DNA of 64,000 nt from Rebecca billardiae RCC1528. Taxonomy: Eukaryota > Protista > Haptophyta. Position numbers and translations under genes: made by a program. Shown one piece after another: positions 35,446-46,934 of this stretch (its first letter is position 1; every line of letters starts with the position of its first letter). The stretch is from contig OZ251223.1 of NCBI GenBank assembly GCA_965240325.2, forward strand, positions 2,480,001 to 2,544,000. The letters are read 5' to 3'. A model generated the notes under the pieces. That model had not been told where the DNA came from. It ran no database searches and saw nothing but the letters and a program-made list of their open reading frames with translations.

Positions 35446-35789
35446 GTCCTTGCGGCTGGCGACCTTACTTGATCTCGCCATTGACGAATGATCTGTTAAG
35501 ACTCAGGTACCCCATCTGTAGGCCCGCCATATCGCTTCGTCACATGAGTAGCACTCATTTTGAACAGTCGTTGCGTACATACTGTATCATAGGAAGTCCG
35601 AGGTCTGAATCATGACGAGAGGTGATGAATAGTAGATGTATCACAATCCGTATTGTTTTCAGGCCCGCGACATGCATCAAGGCTCTCACAACGGAGGAAT
35701 CGGGCTATTCATGTTGGGCATCACAAGACAGTCGCGAGAACGGGCGCCGCTGGAGGTAGGCCATCGCCGGAAGGTAGTGGCGGCCCGCC

Positions 35790-38700
35790 ATGTCCGGCGG
35801 CGGCGCGGAGCGCAAGCCGTCGCAGCGGCCACATGGGGCGTCCTCGCGCTCGCGCTTCCACGCAAGCGGCTCCTCGATCGGCTCGGACGACGGCTCCACT
35901 GATGGGACGTCAATCGCTGGCGTGAAGCGTGCGGATACGTCGCTCTCGATCGACGACTTCACGGTCCTCTCGAAGCTGGGCGAGGGTGGCTTCGGGACGG
36001 TGCTCCTCGTGCGTAAGAAGTCGAATGGTAAGCTCTACGCGCTCAAGGTGCTCGTCAAGAAGAACATGACGAAGAGCGGCGACGCGAAGCGCGCCATCGG
36101 CGAGTCGATAGCTATGCAGGAGATCCGCCACCCGTTCATCGTGCAGCTGCACTTCGCGTTCCAGGACGCGCAGCACATCTACTTCGTGCTCGAGTTCGTC
36201 GGTGGCGGCGACCTCTTCTCGCACCTCGAGCGCGGCACCTTCCCGGAGAAGTGGTGCCGCATCTACATCGCCGAGGTCGCGCTCGCCATCCAGCACGTGC
36301 ACGAGAACGACTTTGTCTACCGCGACCTCAAGGTGCGCGCGGCCGCGGCGACGCGCGCGCTGGGCAGGCGCGGTGCGGATAGGCGCGGGCGCGCGCGGCG
36401 CTCGTGCCCGCTGGCCTGCCTCCCTCACCCGAGGCGTCCTGGCCGCGCGCGGCGCGCGCGCACGTCCGCCGCGCGCGCGGCGGCTCGGCCTCGTGCGCGG
36501 GCACGCGGGCACGCGCAGCCGGAGAACGTGCTGGTGGGCTCGGACGGCCACCTGGTGCTCGCCGACTTTGGTCTGGCGAAGAGGCTCGGCTCGAAGAGCG
36601 GCGGCCGGCTGAACACCGTCATCGGCACGCCCTCCCTCCTCGCGCCCGAGCTCTTCCTCGAGAAGTCGTACGGCTTCTCTGTGGACTGGTGGGCGCTTGG
36701 GCTGCTGTTCTGCGAGATGCTGATGGGCGAGACGCTGATCGTGGACGAGGACGGGGACGACCTGCACACGCTGATCGAGCACTTCAGGAACGGCACGCAC
36801 CTGCAGCCCGTGCCCAAGTACGCCGCGCACGCCGCGCGCGCGCCCTGTGCCGCGCAGCCCACGGCCTGAGCCGCGCGCGCCTCCGCGGCTCAGCACTGGT
36901 GGCTGCGCCGTCGTCCTCACGCGCGCGCGCGCCTCCGCCCGGCGCCGCACGCGCGTCAGGTGGGTGTCGCGCGACGCGGCGGATCTGATCCGTCGGCTCC
37001 TCACGGTCGACCGATCGAAGCGCATGTGCTGTGGGTCCGACGGCTTCAACGAGCTCAAGCGCCACCCCTTCTTCAAGGGTACGCCGCGCCGCACGCGCCC
37101 CGCGCGCCGCACGCGCCGCCCGCGCCGCGCGCGCCGCGCGCTGCGCCGAGGTGTGCCGCTATCTCGCGCTCACGCCGAGCGCGGCCGCGCGCGGCGGCGC
37201 GGCTGGCAGGCCTGGACTGGGACGCGCTGTACCGCAAGGAGATCGAGCCGCCGCTCTCCCCCTTCAACGTCAAGCCCGACACCGCCTCGGCCAAGAAGGG
37301 CAAGGCCGAGGGTGACGGGCCGAAGCACAAGGAGGTGCAGGAGCTCGAGGCCGCCTTCACCGCGTTTGCAAACGACGAGGAGGAGGCGGGCTCGTCGATC
37401 ACGGCGTGGTCGTCGCTGCTGTGCGAGGCGGCGGCGGCGGGGAGCGTGGAGGAGCTGCGCAACCTGATCAACCAGGGCGCGCCCATCGACGTCGGCGACT
37501 ACGACCGGCGGACCGCGATGCACATCGTCGCGTCCGAGGGCCACCTCCGCGCCGCAAAGTACCTCGTGGAGGAGGTGGGCGCCAACACCAGCCCGCTCGA
37601 CCGCTGGGGCGGCACGCCGCTGGACGACGCGATCCGCTCGAAGCACAAGGAGCTGGTCGAGTACCTCACCTCCGTCGGCGCGACGAAGGGCGCGACCCGC
37701 GCCGACGCCACCACGAGCGACATGTGCGACGCGGCCGCGCAGGGCGACCTGGGCGCTCTCGCCTCGCTCGCGCACGCGGGCGTGGACGTCAACAAGGGCG
37801 ACTACGACAAGCGGACGCCGATCCACCTGGCGGCGTCGGAGGGGCTGCTCGAGGTGGTCAAGTTCCTGGTCGAGATGGGCGCGGACCACTCGCCCGTCGA
37901 CCGCTGGGGCGGCACGCCGCTCGACGACGCGATCCGCTCGAAGCACGAGGCCGTCACAGCGTACCTGAGAACGATCGGCGCGCGCCGAGGCACGGGCAAG
38001 GCGGAGGCGGCGTCCGCCGACCTGTGCGACGCGGCGGCGCAGGGCGACATCGTGCAGCTCAAGGCGCTGCTGGAGCAGGGTGTGGACGCGAACAAGGGCG
38101 ACTACGACAAGCGCACGGCCATCCACATCGCCGCCTCCGAGGGGCGCACCGACGTCGTCAAGTTCCTCGTGGAGGAGGCGAGCGCGCACCACAGCCCGCT
38201 CGACCGCTGGGGCAACACGCCGCTCGACGACGCGATCCGCTCCAAGCACCAGGAGGTGGTGGCGTACCTCACGTCGGTGCACGCGTCGAAGGGCGTGGGC
38301 GCGCAGGCGAGCAAGCCCTCGGAGAACGTGTACGCCGACCTGTGCGACGCCGCCTCCAAGGGCGACCTCGACACGCTGCGCGAGCTGGTCGGCAAGGGCG
38401 TGGACGTGAACAAGGGCGACTACGACAAGCGCACCGCCATCCACCTCGCCGCCTCGGAGGGGCTGCTGCCGGTCGTGCGGTACCTGGTGGAGGAGGCGGG
38501 CGCGGACCACTCGCCGATCGACCGGTGGGGCGGCACGCCGCTCGACGACGCCTTCCGCTCGGCGCACGAGCAGGTCTTCATCTACCTGGTGAGCCACGGC
38601 GCCAAGAAGGGCACGGGCAAGCAGCAGCCGACGGTCGCGGACCTGTGCGAGGCGGCAGCCAAGGGCGACATGGACGAGCTGCGCATGCTGGTGGAGCAGG

Positions 38701-41003
38701 GCGTGAAGGTGAACAAGGGCGACTACGACCGGCGCACCGCGCTGCACCTCGCCGCGTCGGAGGGCCTGATGCCCGTCGTCCGCTTCCTCCTCGACGAGGC
38801 GAGCGCGCACCACAGCCCGATCGACCGCTGGGGCAACACGCCGCTCGACGACGCGATCCGCTCCAACCACGCCGAGGTCGAGGCCTACCTGCGCGAGCAC
38901 GGCGCGCGCACGTCGGAGAAGCTGGTGAGCGAGAGCAAGGCGGCGAAGAAGGCGAAGACCGACGAGGACCAGGGGATGGACCTCTGCGGCGCCGCGAGCA
39001 TCCAGAACGTGATCGCGCTGCGCGTGCTCATCGCGCAGGGCGTGGACGTGAACCAGGGCGACTACGACCAGCGGACGGCGCTGCACCTCGCCGCGTCCAA
39101 TGGCTTCCGCGACGTCGTCGAGCTGCTCGTCGAGGAGGGCAAGGCGAAGGCGAACCCGCTCGACCGGTGGGGGTACACGCCGCTCGACGACGCGCTCCGC
39201 TCGGGCCACGAGGCCGTGGCCGAGTACCTGCGCGAGCGCGGCGCGCAGCAAGGCTCGGGCCACGCGCACAAGACATCGGCGGACATGTGCGACGCCGCGG
39301 CCAAGGGCGACATCGCGGAGCTGCGCCACCTGCTCGAGACCGGCGTCGACGTGAACGCGGGGGACTACGACAAGCGCACGCCCATCCACCTCGCCGCGTC
39401 GGAGGGGCTGCTCCCCGTCGTCAAGTTCCTCGTGAACGAGGCGGGCTGCGACGTGAGCCCGCTCGACCGCTGGGGCTTCACGCCGCTCGACGACGCGATC
39501 CGCTCCAAGCACAGGGACGTGGCCGAGTACCTTGCGGCGGTGGGCGCGCGCAAGAAGGAGAGCACGATGGAGCGGATCCTCGCGTTCCCGCGCGGCATCT
39601 CGGGGAAGCCGCGCTCGTCGGAGGACCGCAGCCAGCGCGGCAGCCAGCCCTCGCGCCGCGTGTCGACGCAGCCGCGCGAGAGCGACGCGCACGGCGGCCA
39701 CGCGCCCGGCCCGGCCTTTGCCGTCACGCGCCAGCACTCCGCATCGTCGGTCGCGTCGAGCAGCGCGGCAAGCTTCCCGTCGACGACGGGCATGCAGGAC
39801 GGCTCGCCCGCGCCGGCCGTGCCCTCGGGCGGCACGGACCGCTCGGACGCCAACCCCGCCGCCGCCGCCAGCGGCACCAGCCGGATCTCCAACCGGCTCG
39901 CCTCGCTCTCGACCTCGCTCGACAGCGGCCGGCGCACTTCGGTCGGCGTCGACTCGTCCGCCCCCGCCGACGCCGGCGGCGCGCACAGCGAGAGCGGGTA
40001 CGAGCCGCACGAGCGGCGGCAGCTCTCACGCCAGCGGATCGTCGCCAAGCCGAGGAGGCTGCGCTCCAACGCGCCCACCGTGCCCAAGCAGGCCGACCGG
40101 CTCGTCTGCCCGCTCGGCAGCGAGCGCTTCGTCGATCCCGTCGTCGCGGCGGACGGGTACACGTACGAGCGCGCGTCGATCCAGAGCTGGATGGAGCAGC
40201 ACGGGCTGGTCTCGCCGATCACGGCCGCGCCGCTCAAGTCGATGGCGCTGCTGCCCAACCACACGCTGCTCGAGCACATCCAGCTCGTCGACACCTTCGG
40301 CCTCGCCGCCATCACGAGCAAGGCGGCGGGCTCGGCCCCGCGCGCGCTCAACAAGGTGAACAGCTCCAACGCGCTCACCTCCTCGCGCCGCTCGTCTGCC
40401 GGCGTGTCGTTCACGGACGTGTCGCCCGCGCGGGGCGACACGTACGAGCTGCACGACGTGGTCGAGCACGAGCACCTGGAGGCCGCGGAGGAGGAGGCGG
40501 AGCGGGCCGCCGCGGCGCCGGGCGAGCGCACCACCCCTGCGGGCGTAGAGGCTGCGCACGGCGCTCCGGCCGCGGGGCCGACGGCCGCGCGAGCGCGCGC
40601 GGGCTCGAGGCTCCTCGAGCATCGCTCGTCCTCGGAGAGCGTGCTGCACGGCACGGACGCGGGTCTGCTGGGCGCGAAACGAGGTGCGGACGCGCGGCCG
40701 CTGACGTCGCAGGAGGCGGCGCGCGGCGGCGCCGACGTGGGCGGCCGAGGCATCACGCGCATCTTCTCGGGCATGTCGTCGGGCATGGGCCGGATCAAGC
40801 GCAGCTCGCGCACCCCGTCGAGCAGCGCCCCCCATGCGGCACTGCCGGGCGGCGGCCCCAGGCGACAATTGTCAACGGGCTTGACCAAGCCGTCGGACAG
40901 TGCCCCGAGCCCCGAGTCGGCCCCCAAGCCCATCTTCACGCGCGCGGGCCCGCGGAGGTCAAAGCCTGGCAAGCTGCCCTCGCTCGTACGTGCGCCGTCA
41001 TGA
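35790..41003 (+). CDS. AGC-family Ser/Thr kinase + 21 ankyrin repeats + U-box; introns 36333-36518, 36818-36959, 37079-37209
   Basis: Kinase motifs LGEGGFGTV, YALK, YRDLK|PEN, DFG, APE, DWWALG and the AGC tail HPFFKG|LDWDAL..KEIEPP. Seven units of about 100 aa (C[DE]AA..GD...GDYD.RT.IHLAASEG...DRWG.TPLDDA). U-box CPLGSERFVDPVVAADGYTYERASIQSW...SPIT...LLPN. Confidence 0.9.
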
Positions 41004-41834
41004 TAATCATAATACTGCTTGATGAAGCCTGTTAACAACTGTGACGACGGCTGACGCCTACAGTATTAAAAGTCGTCGTCGTATTACCTGCTGCTGTATA
41101 TATATGTGTATATATATATAGTCGTATCACGTACTGCTCCCTCTGGCCGGTGCAGCAGACTGCAGAGAGACTAGAGAGTAGTCAGTAGATGAGTCCGCCG
41201 CGAAGTCCCGAGAGAGCTAGAGAGTCTGAGACGAAGCGCACCGGGCGCCGCATCGGCCGCGTCGGCGGCCCGACGAGACTCATCAGACTGCCATGGATCG
41301 ATAGACTACGACTTAGCAGTCGTAACGGTCTCTAGCAGTAGCTGCTACTACTAGCTTACTCGACGACGACGACGACGTAAATAAACGATAGAGGTCAGAG
41401 ACATGTCGGAGCCGCGCGCGCGATCCGCGCGCCGATGACGAATCCCGTTAATTATCCCGCCGACTCAGATGAACGACTCCGCCGGCGCGGAGTGCAGTCA
41501 CACGGCAGTGCCGCACGGTCCGGCAGGCTCCTAAGTCAGATGAGAGTCAGTCGCATCAGTGTCGGTCGACACGGCACACTACTACATTCGGACTGATTGA
41601 GCGGCATATATACTGTATCAGTCCTCACTACCAGTGCATCAGCATGAGTCAGTCGATCAGAGTCATCGTCATGACAGCATCAAGTCATCTCATTCACTCA
41701 TCAGAGTCGTCAGCAGCATGATGCATGACTAATAAGTCGCTGCTGCATGTGCCGAAGGCGAATATAAAGAGGCGGGAGCTCGGAGATATGATCGTGATGA
41801 CGAGAGAAGGTCGACGCGCGGAGATCGAGCCTAG

Positions 41835-44792
41835 CTAGTCGTCGCGCGCGTTGTCGTGTGCGGATGAGGCTGCTTCCCTAGTGAATGTGCGTTGGCGGCG
41901 CGCTGCAGCCTGTTCCAGGACCTCCAACGCGAGCTCCGTGTGCGCTCGTCGGAAAGTCATCCAGCGACTGAGGGTGTAGTCACTGACGAAGGATCGCAGA
42001 ACATGCCAGTACTCCGCCGCCTGCACTGTGCCGGCAGGGAGGTTGGTGCCGTTGACACAGTCGGTGGCGTAGCGCAAGGCCATGCCTCGCGCAAATGCAC
42101 ATGCCGGTTGCTTGTCCGCAGCGGCCAGCACATCGAGGCAGTTGAGCGGGTTGAGCGCAGCTTTGAGCGCGGTCGCGACGCGCGACGAAAGCAGCATGAT
42201 CGCGTCGTCACTGACGAGATCGGAGCCGTCGCGCGAGCGCTTGCCTCGGCGCGCGGCCGGTGCCTTGAGCTTGAGCGCGAGCGCGCCGAGCTCCATCAGT
42301 TGCAGCGGCTCTGCGGGCAGTGGGGCGGTGCCGGCCGAGTGCAGGTCGCGCAGCAGCGCCTCGTAAGCCTCGAAGGAGAAGGACGGGTCGGCTGTGATCA
42401 CGCCAGACGACGCCTCGGCGGTCTGCAGCGCAGGGACGGCCGAGTCGGCGCCGCCGTCAGACACGCCGAGCAGCGTGCGGTAGTAGCGCGCGCGCGTGAG
42501 CAGCAGCCGCGAGGCGCCGAGCTTGCGCCCGTCCGCAAACTCGAAGACGACGTCGTGCACGCCGCTCGGTGGACCGACCGCAGTGCCCAGCGCGCGCAGC
42601 TGCGCACTCGCGTGCTGCTCGCGCTCGCGCAGCTCGGCGAGCTCTGCGCGCAGCTTGGCCTGCTCGCCGCCTGCGGCAGAGAGCAACACACGCGCAGCTG
42701 CTCCTCCGTCGTCCTCGTCAGCGTACGCATCGATCAGGTGCTCGACGAGTTCAGCCGCTTCGCCAGCCGGAAAGCGGTGCGCGAGCGCAGTCGCAGAGAG
42801 GACGATCCGGAGATCGTGCACGAGCACCCTGCGCACGGACTCGCCGCTGCGGATGAGCAGGCTGCGGAGCACGCTAGCCGCCACCTCGGCTGCATGCGCA
42901 TCGGCTTTTGTCGGGCGCGGCAGCTGCGCCGTAGCGCGCAGCGGGGCTGCGAGCACGGGCATGTGGCTCTCCTCCACCGCTGCGCACGCGGCAGCTCCGC
43001 TGCTCCCGTGGAGCGAGCACATGTTGCGCACCGCGACCAGGGCAGAGTGGCGATGCCCCAAGACACGCACCCAGCACGGCTGCTTGGCGCTCGTGCCGAG
43101 CTCGTCTGGCGCCGGCACGGCGTGGCCGTCGGCGAAGACGCGCATGAGCAGGGGCACAGCGCCGGCGTCCACGAGCGCCTGCACCGCTGCAACGCCAAAC
43201 ACGCGCGGCAGCCACAGGAACATGCCGATTGCGGCGTCCACGTCGCGGGGGAGATTGGCCTGCGCATTCCAGCCGGTGGACATGATGCGCATGAGCACAG
43301 GCGTCAGGTCGAGGCGGAGCTTTCGCACAGCGCGCTTGATCGCTGGGAAGGCGCCCTTGTTCGTCCACTCGTCGCCGACATTCAGCAGCATCTGGATGAG
43401 CCCGAGCGCCCCGGCGCGCACATTGACATTGCGCGAGCTGGTGGCAAGCAGCAGCGCATCTGGGAGGCCACTGCGGACGAGGTCGACTGCAGCATCGCCC
43501 CCGAATAGGAGCCCCCCCGAGCACATGCCGAGCAGCTTGAGCGCCATGCACGCCACCTCGTCCAGCTCAGAGGCAGGGCTGGAGCCCGCGCTGCCAGTGT
43601 CCGCTGCGCCGGATGCGCCGCCGCTGACGCACGAGCGGAGCAGCTGCAGGACAGCAGGCAGTGCGCCACTGGCCGCGAATGCGGTGAAGGTGGCCTCCCC
43701 TTCATATAGCTGAGCACTGTCGCTCGTGAAGAAGCGCAAGGCGGCTGTGCGATCTTCCCACGAGCCCTGCCCGGCGGCCAGCATGGCGAAGAGCGCCTCG
43801 GGCAGCCCGCAGCCCAAAGGTTGCACATCGCACTCGGCAGCTGCGCTGTGGCACAGGTAGCCAGAGTCCGAAAAGTCGCCATCGCAGCAGGCGAGTGCTC
43901 GCAGGGCACGCGCTGGCAACGCTGTCGAAGCGCCCTTGACACCGGCTATGAGCGTGGACGCGCCCTTGACCGTGTCCAGGAGCCACGTCCCGTAGCTGAA
44001 AGCCTTTCCCTCTTCCAGCAGCCTCTGGGCCTCGTCTGTTGGGTAGATGTAGTCCTTCCGGTTCTCGATTGACAGCAGCGCAGCGTAGGCAACGAACCTG
44101 TCAGCTGTGTCCGGAAGCTCGCGCCCGGCGGTCGTGATGGCCTGCACGATGCCAGCGTCGTCGGCGTCTTTGTGGAACGACTGGAGCGCGCGGGCCGCGT
44201 GCAGCGCCAGGTCGAGGGCCAACACAGGGCCGGCGGGACTTGCCGCTGTGTCCTGCAGCTTGAGCATCCCGAGCACGCCCTTGGCCAACTCCTGCACGGA
44301 GCCAGTGTCGAGCTCGGCGGCATCGAGTGGGAGCGATGATGGCGTGCGCGACAGCGCGCGAGTCGCAGCCTCGCGCATAGCGAGGGGCTCGTCAGCCGCA
44401 AGCGCGCCGACGAGCGAGGTCCCCGCTTTCTTGAGCACGCGACGTGCAGCTGCCTTGGAGCACGCGAGCGCGGCGAGCGCATCCGCGGCCGCTGCGCGGG
44501 CACCGTCGTGGTCACACGACAGCGCATGCGCGAGTTCGTCGACGCACGTACCCCCATCCAGCAGGCGCGTGCGAGCATGCGCATCGCACGCATGCTTCTC
44601 GAGGGCGCGTGCGGCGATCTCGCGAATGGGTCCGCCACCCGAGCACAGCGCGTCCGCGCACACCGTGAGCAGCTGCGCGGTGTTTGCGCCAGCCGCCGCG
44701 AGCAGGAAGGCGAACTCGCGCGTGGCAGCGTCGTCGGGCACGGACGCGTCATCGCCATTGCCCGCGCCCTTGCTACGATTGCCCGTCGGCAT
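41835..44792 (-). CDS. Armadillo-repeat protein with C-terminal BTB/POZ (+BACK-like) domain
   Basis: ARM-like repeats (FAASGALPAVLQLL, LVDAGAVPLLMRVF); coiled coil; BTB-like HDVVFEFADGRKLGASRLLLTRARYYRTLL...AYEALLRDLHS; LNPLNCLDVLAAAD. Confidence 0.7.
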   Translation of the reverse strand: MPTGNRSKGAGNGDDASVPDDAATREFAFLLAAAGANTAQLLTVCADALCSGGGPIREIAARALEKHACDAHARTRLLDGGTCVDELAHALSCDHDGARAAAADALAALACSKAAARRVLKKAGTSLVGALAADEPLAMREAATRALSRTPSSLPLDAAELDTGSVQELAKGVLGMLKLQDTAASPAGPVLALDLALHAARALQSFHKDADDAGIVQAITTAGRELPDTADRFVAYAALLSIENRKDYIYPTDEAQRLLEEGKAFSYGTWLLDTVKGASTLIAGVKGASTALPARALRALACCDGDFSDSGYLCHSAAAECDVQPLGCGLPEALFAMLAAGQGSWEDRTAALRFFTSDSAQLYEGEATFTAFAASGALPAVLQLLRSCVSGGASGAADTGSAGSSPASELDEVACMALKLLGMCSGGLLFGGDAAVDLVRSGLPDALLLATSSRNVNVRAGALGLIQMLLNVGDEWTNKGAFPAIKRAVRKLRLDLTPVLMRIMSTGWNAQANLPRDVDAAIGMFLWLPRVFGVAAVQALVDAGAVPLLMRVFADGHAVPAPDELGTSAKQPCWVRVLGHRHSALVAVRNMCSLHGSSGAAACAAVEESHMPVLAAPLRATAQLPRPTKADAHAAEVAASVLRSLLIRSGESVRRVLVHDLRIVLSATALAHRFPAGEAAELVEHLIDAYADEDDGGAAARVLLSAAGGEQAKLRAELAELREREQHASAQLRALGTAVGPPSGVHDVVFEFADGRKLGASRLLLTRARYYRTLLGVSDGGADSAVPALQTAEASSGVITADPSFSFEAYEALLRDLHSAGTAPLPAEPLQLMELGALALKLKAPAARRGKRSRDGSDLVSDDAIMLLSSRVATALKAALNPLNCLDVLAAADKQPACAFARGMALRYATDCVNGTNLPAGTVQAAEYWHVLRSFVSDYTLSRWMTFRRAHTELALEVLEQAAARRQRTFTREAASSAHDNARDD

Positions 44793-45219
44793 GCCTGCCT
44801 GCGCTGTGCGGCTGTCGAGACCTCACGCGTCCTTCGGCCGCGGAGCCTCGGCACACCGGTCGGTTGCCACCTGCTGGCGATCGTCATGCTGTCGTCGTGA
44901 AGATTGTCTGATTTGTACAATGATGCATACTGCTTCCGGACAACAACTTGGAGCTAGACGACTGAGTAAACGAGGGAGGCAGTGCACAACGTCGGCAGCG
45001 CCGCCGCGCCGCCGTCGCGCTCGGGCGCCACATAACGACGGTCTCACATCACGGCCGCCCTACAGGCTACACCAATATTCGCTCATACACCATCGCTGGA
45101 TCTGATGAGAGTGCCGCCTTCGCGCCAGCCCGGCACTATAATCGCCTGGCGCCGGCGGCTCTGACTGAGTCTCTGAGAGTTGCCAGCCAGTCATTTCCAG
45201 TCACCGACTCACAAGTAAG

Positions 45220-46569
45220 TCACGGGGTGCCGCCGCTCCACAGCTGCGTGATGCCCGCTGCCACCCGTTCGCGCTGCGTTTGCATCGCCTGCGTCGCGAA
45301 CGCCCTGGCGTGCTCCGGGCTGCGGATGATCTCGTCCTTCCCCTCCATCGAGCTCCCAGTGTAGCTCGTCGTGTCCACGCCCGACGCGCTCGCCATCGCG
45401 CCGTCGAGCCCGAGGCAAGCGACGCGGTGGCGGCCGCGAGGCGCGGCGCCGCTCGTGAGCGGCCGCGCCTGCGGCGGCGAGCGGAGGCGATGCGCGCGCG
45501 CAGCGGAGGCCGACCTGGGCGGGCGCACCTGCCGAGAGCGCAGCTGCGAGGCGCTCGCCTCGCCCAGCGCCGACTCGAACGCCCGGCCCACGTGCTGCCG
45601 CGCGCGCACGCGCTCCAGCGAGTAGAGAGCGCCGCGCACGTGAGCGACCAGCCTGTCAGGCAGCTCAGCCGCGCTGGGGCCCGGCTCGAGGCTGGGCACG
45701 AGCTGGACGAGCTCCCAGCCGTGCTGCGCGACGAGGGCGGGCTTCGGCGGGGCTGCCGCGCCGCTCGACGGCCGAGGCACCTTCGCGACGAACGGCCCCG
45801 GCGGGGGCATGCTCGGCCGCTGCCGCGCGAGCTCGGAGTGCGCGGCCGCGAGCGCGGTGCGCAGTGAGACTGTCTCGGCGTGCGTGCGCTGCTCGCTCTG
45901 CTGCATCGCCGCGCAGGCCTGCTTGGCCGCGCGGAGCTCTGATCGGAGCGTGGCCAGCTCAAACTCGCTCGCGCCGCCCTCCGCACCGCCCCCGGCCGCG
46001 CCCTCGCCGCCCGCCGCCACGCCGAGTGCGCGCGCGTGTCGGCGTGCCTGCTTGTGCTTGAGAGCCAGCAGCGCCTTGTCTGCGCGCGCGCTCTGCCTGC
46101 TCGCCTCGGCTCGCGCCTGGTCGAGGGCGGTGCGCACGAGCTCAAGCGCGTCGTGGACGTGCTCGGGTCCGAGCGGCGCGTCCTTTGACACCGAGGCGTG
46201 CAGCCCTCCCTGCTGCCGCCGCTGCATCACCGCCCGCTTGCCCACGAGCTGGTGCACGCCGGTCGCAAGGGCCGCGAGCAGCGCGCGCGCCTCGTCGGCC
46301 TCCTCGACGGCATCGCGCAGGGAGCGGTGGATATCGTCGGTGGTATGCGACGGCGACGCGATGGTGTGGCGCAGCCGCCTCAGCTTGGCGTGCAGAGCAG
46401 AGGCGGCACGTTGCGAATCTGCGAGGCGCTCGGAGGTGCCCGCGGCCTGCGCGCGCGCTTCGTCGCGCGCCTCTTGCGCCTTGGCCAGAGAGGCATGAGC
46501 GTTCGCCAGCTCATTTTCGAGCTCTTTCACCCGTGCCGCGAGTTTGGCGTCGTCCGCCCCGCCCTCCAT
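45220..46569 (-). CDS. Hypothetical coiled-coil protein (3' end may be spliced)
   Basis: MEGGADDAKLAARVKELENELANAHASLAKAQ... heptad-rich; possible donor CAG|GTGCGC near 45527. Confidence 0.55.
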   Translation of the reverse strand: MEGGADDAKLAARVKELENELANAHASLAKAQEARDEARAQAAGTSERLADSQRAASALHAKLRRLRHTIASPSHTTDDIHRSLRDAVEEADEARALLAALATGVHQLVGKRAVMQRRQQGGLHASVSKDAPLGPEHVHDALELVRTALDQARAEASRQSARADKALLALKHKQARRHARALGVAAGGEGAAGGGAEGGASEFELATLRSELRAAKQACAAMQQSEQRTHAETVSLRTALAAAHSELARQRPSMPPPGPFVAKVPRPSSGAAAPPKPALVAQHGWELVQLVPSLEPGPSAAELPDRLVAHVRGALYSLERVRARQHVGRAFESALGEASASQLRSRQVRPPRSASAARAHRLRSPPQARPLTSGAAPRGRHRVACLGLDGAMASASGVDTTSYTGSSMEGKDEIIRSPEHARAFATQAMQTQRERVAAGITQLWSGGTP

Positions 46570-46934
46570 GCTCGCTCTGCCGCGCCCGCGCCTGCTCCGG
46601 CCGAGACGTCCCGGGGCCGCGCCCCACAAAACGCGTCCGGGACGCGCAGATGATTTTGCGACGAACGTTTTTCGTAACGGCGATCCCCGGAAGCGGTGAA
46701 ACCCGCCGCGGGGCCCGGACCGGCGGAGGCACCGTCGCGCATCTCCGCCATCAGACGCAGCAAGAGTCGACCGTGCGCGCCGCGCCGGCACTCGACTCGA
46801 CGCGCGCGTGAGGACGTTTCGTGGGGGCAAGCACCTCCTCATCTCATAGGCAAGCTGCCACGTGCCACTCCATTCCCTGCGGGACTCGCTTCGCGCAGGG
46901 GACCGCCCTCTCGTGACGAGCGCCACCCGCGAGC

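Noticed and set aside
37414-39550. Regular repeats of about 300 bp that could be read as an array or CRISPR
   Set aside because: In-frame ankyrin coding repeats; no repeat-spacer structure or cas genes, and the context is eukaryotic.
37170-41038. Overlapping 946-1209 aa alternative-frame ORFs over the ankyrin gene, and similar ones over GBF1 (57048-61937)
   Set aside because: Stop-codon scarcity in GC-rich coding DNA; low-complexity translations.
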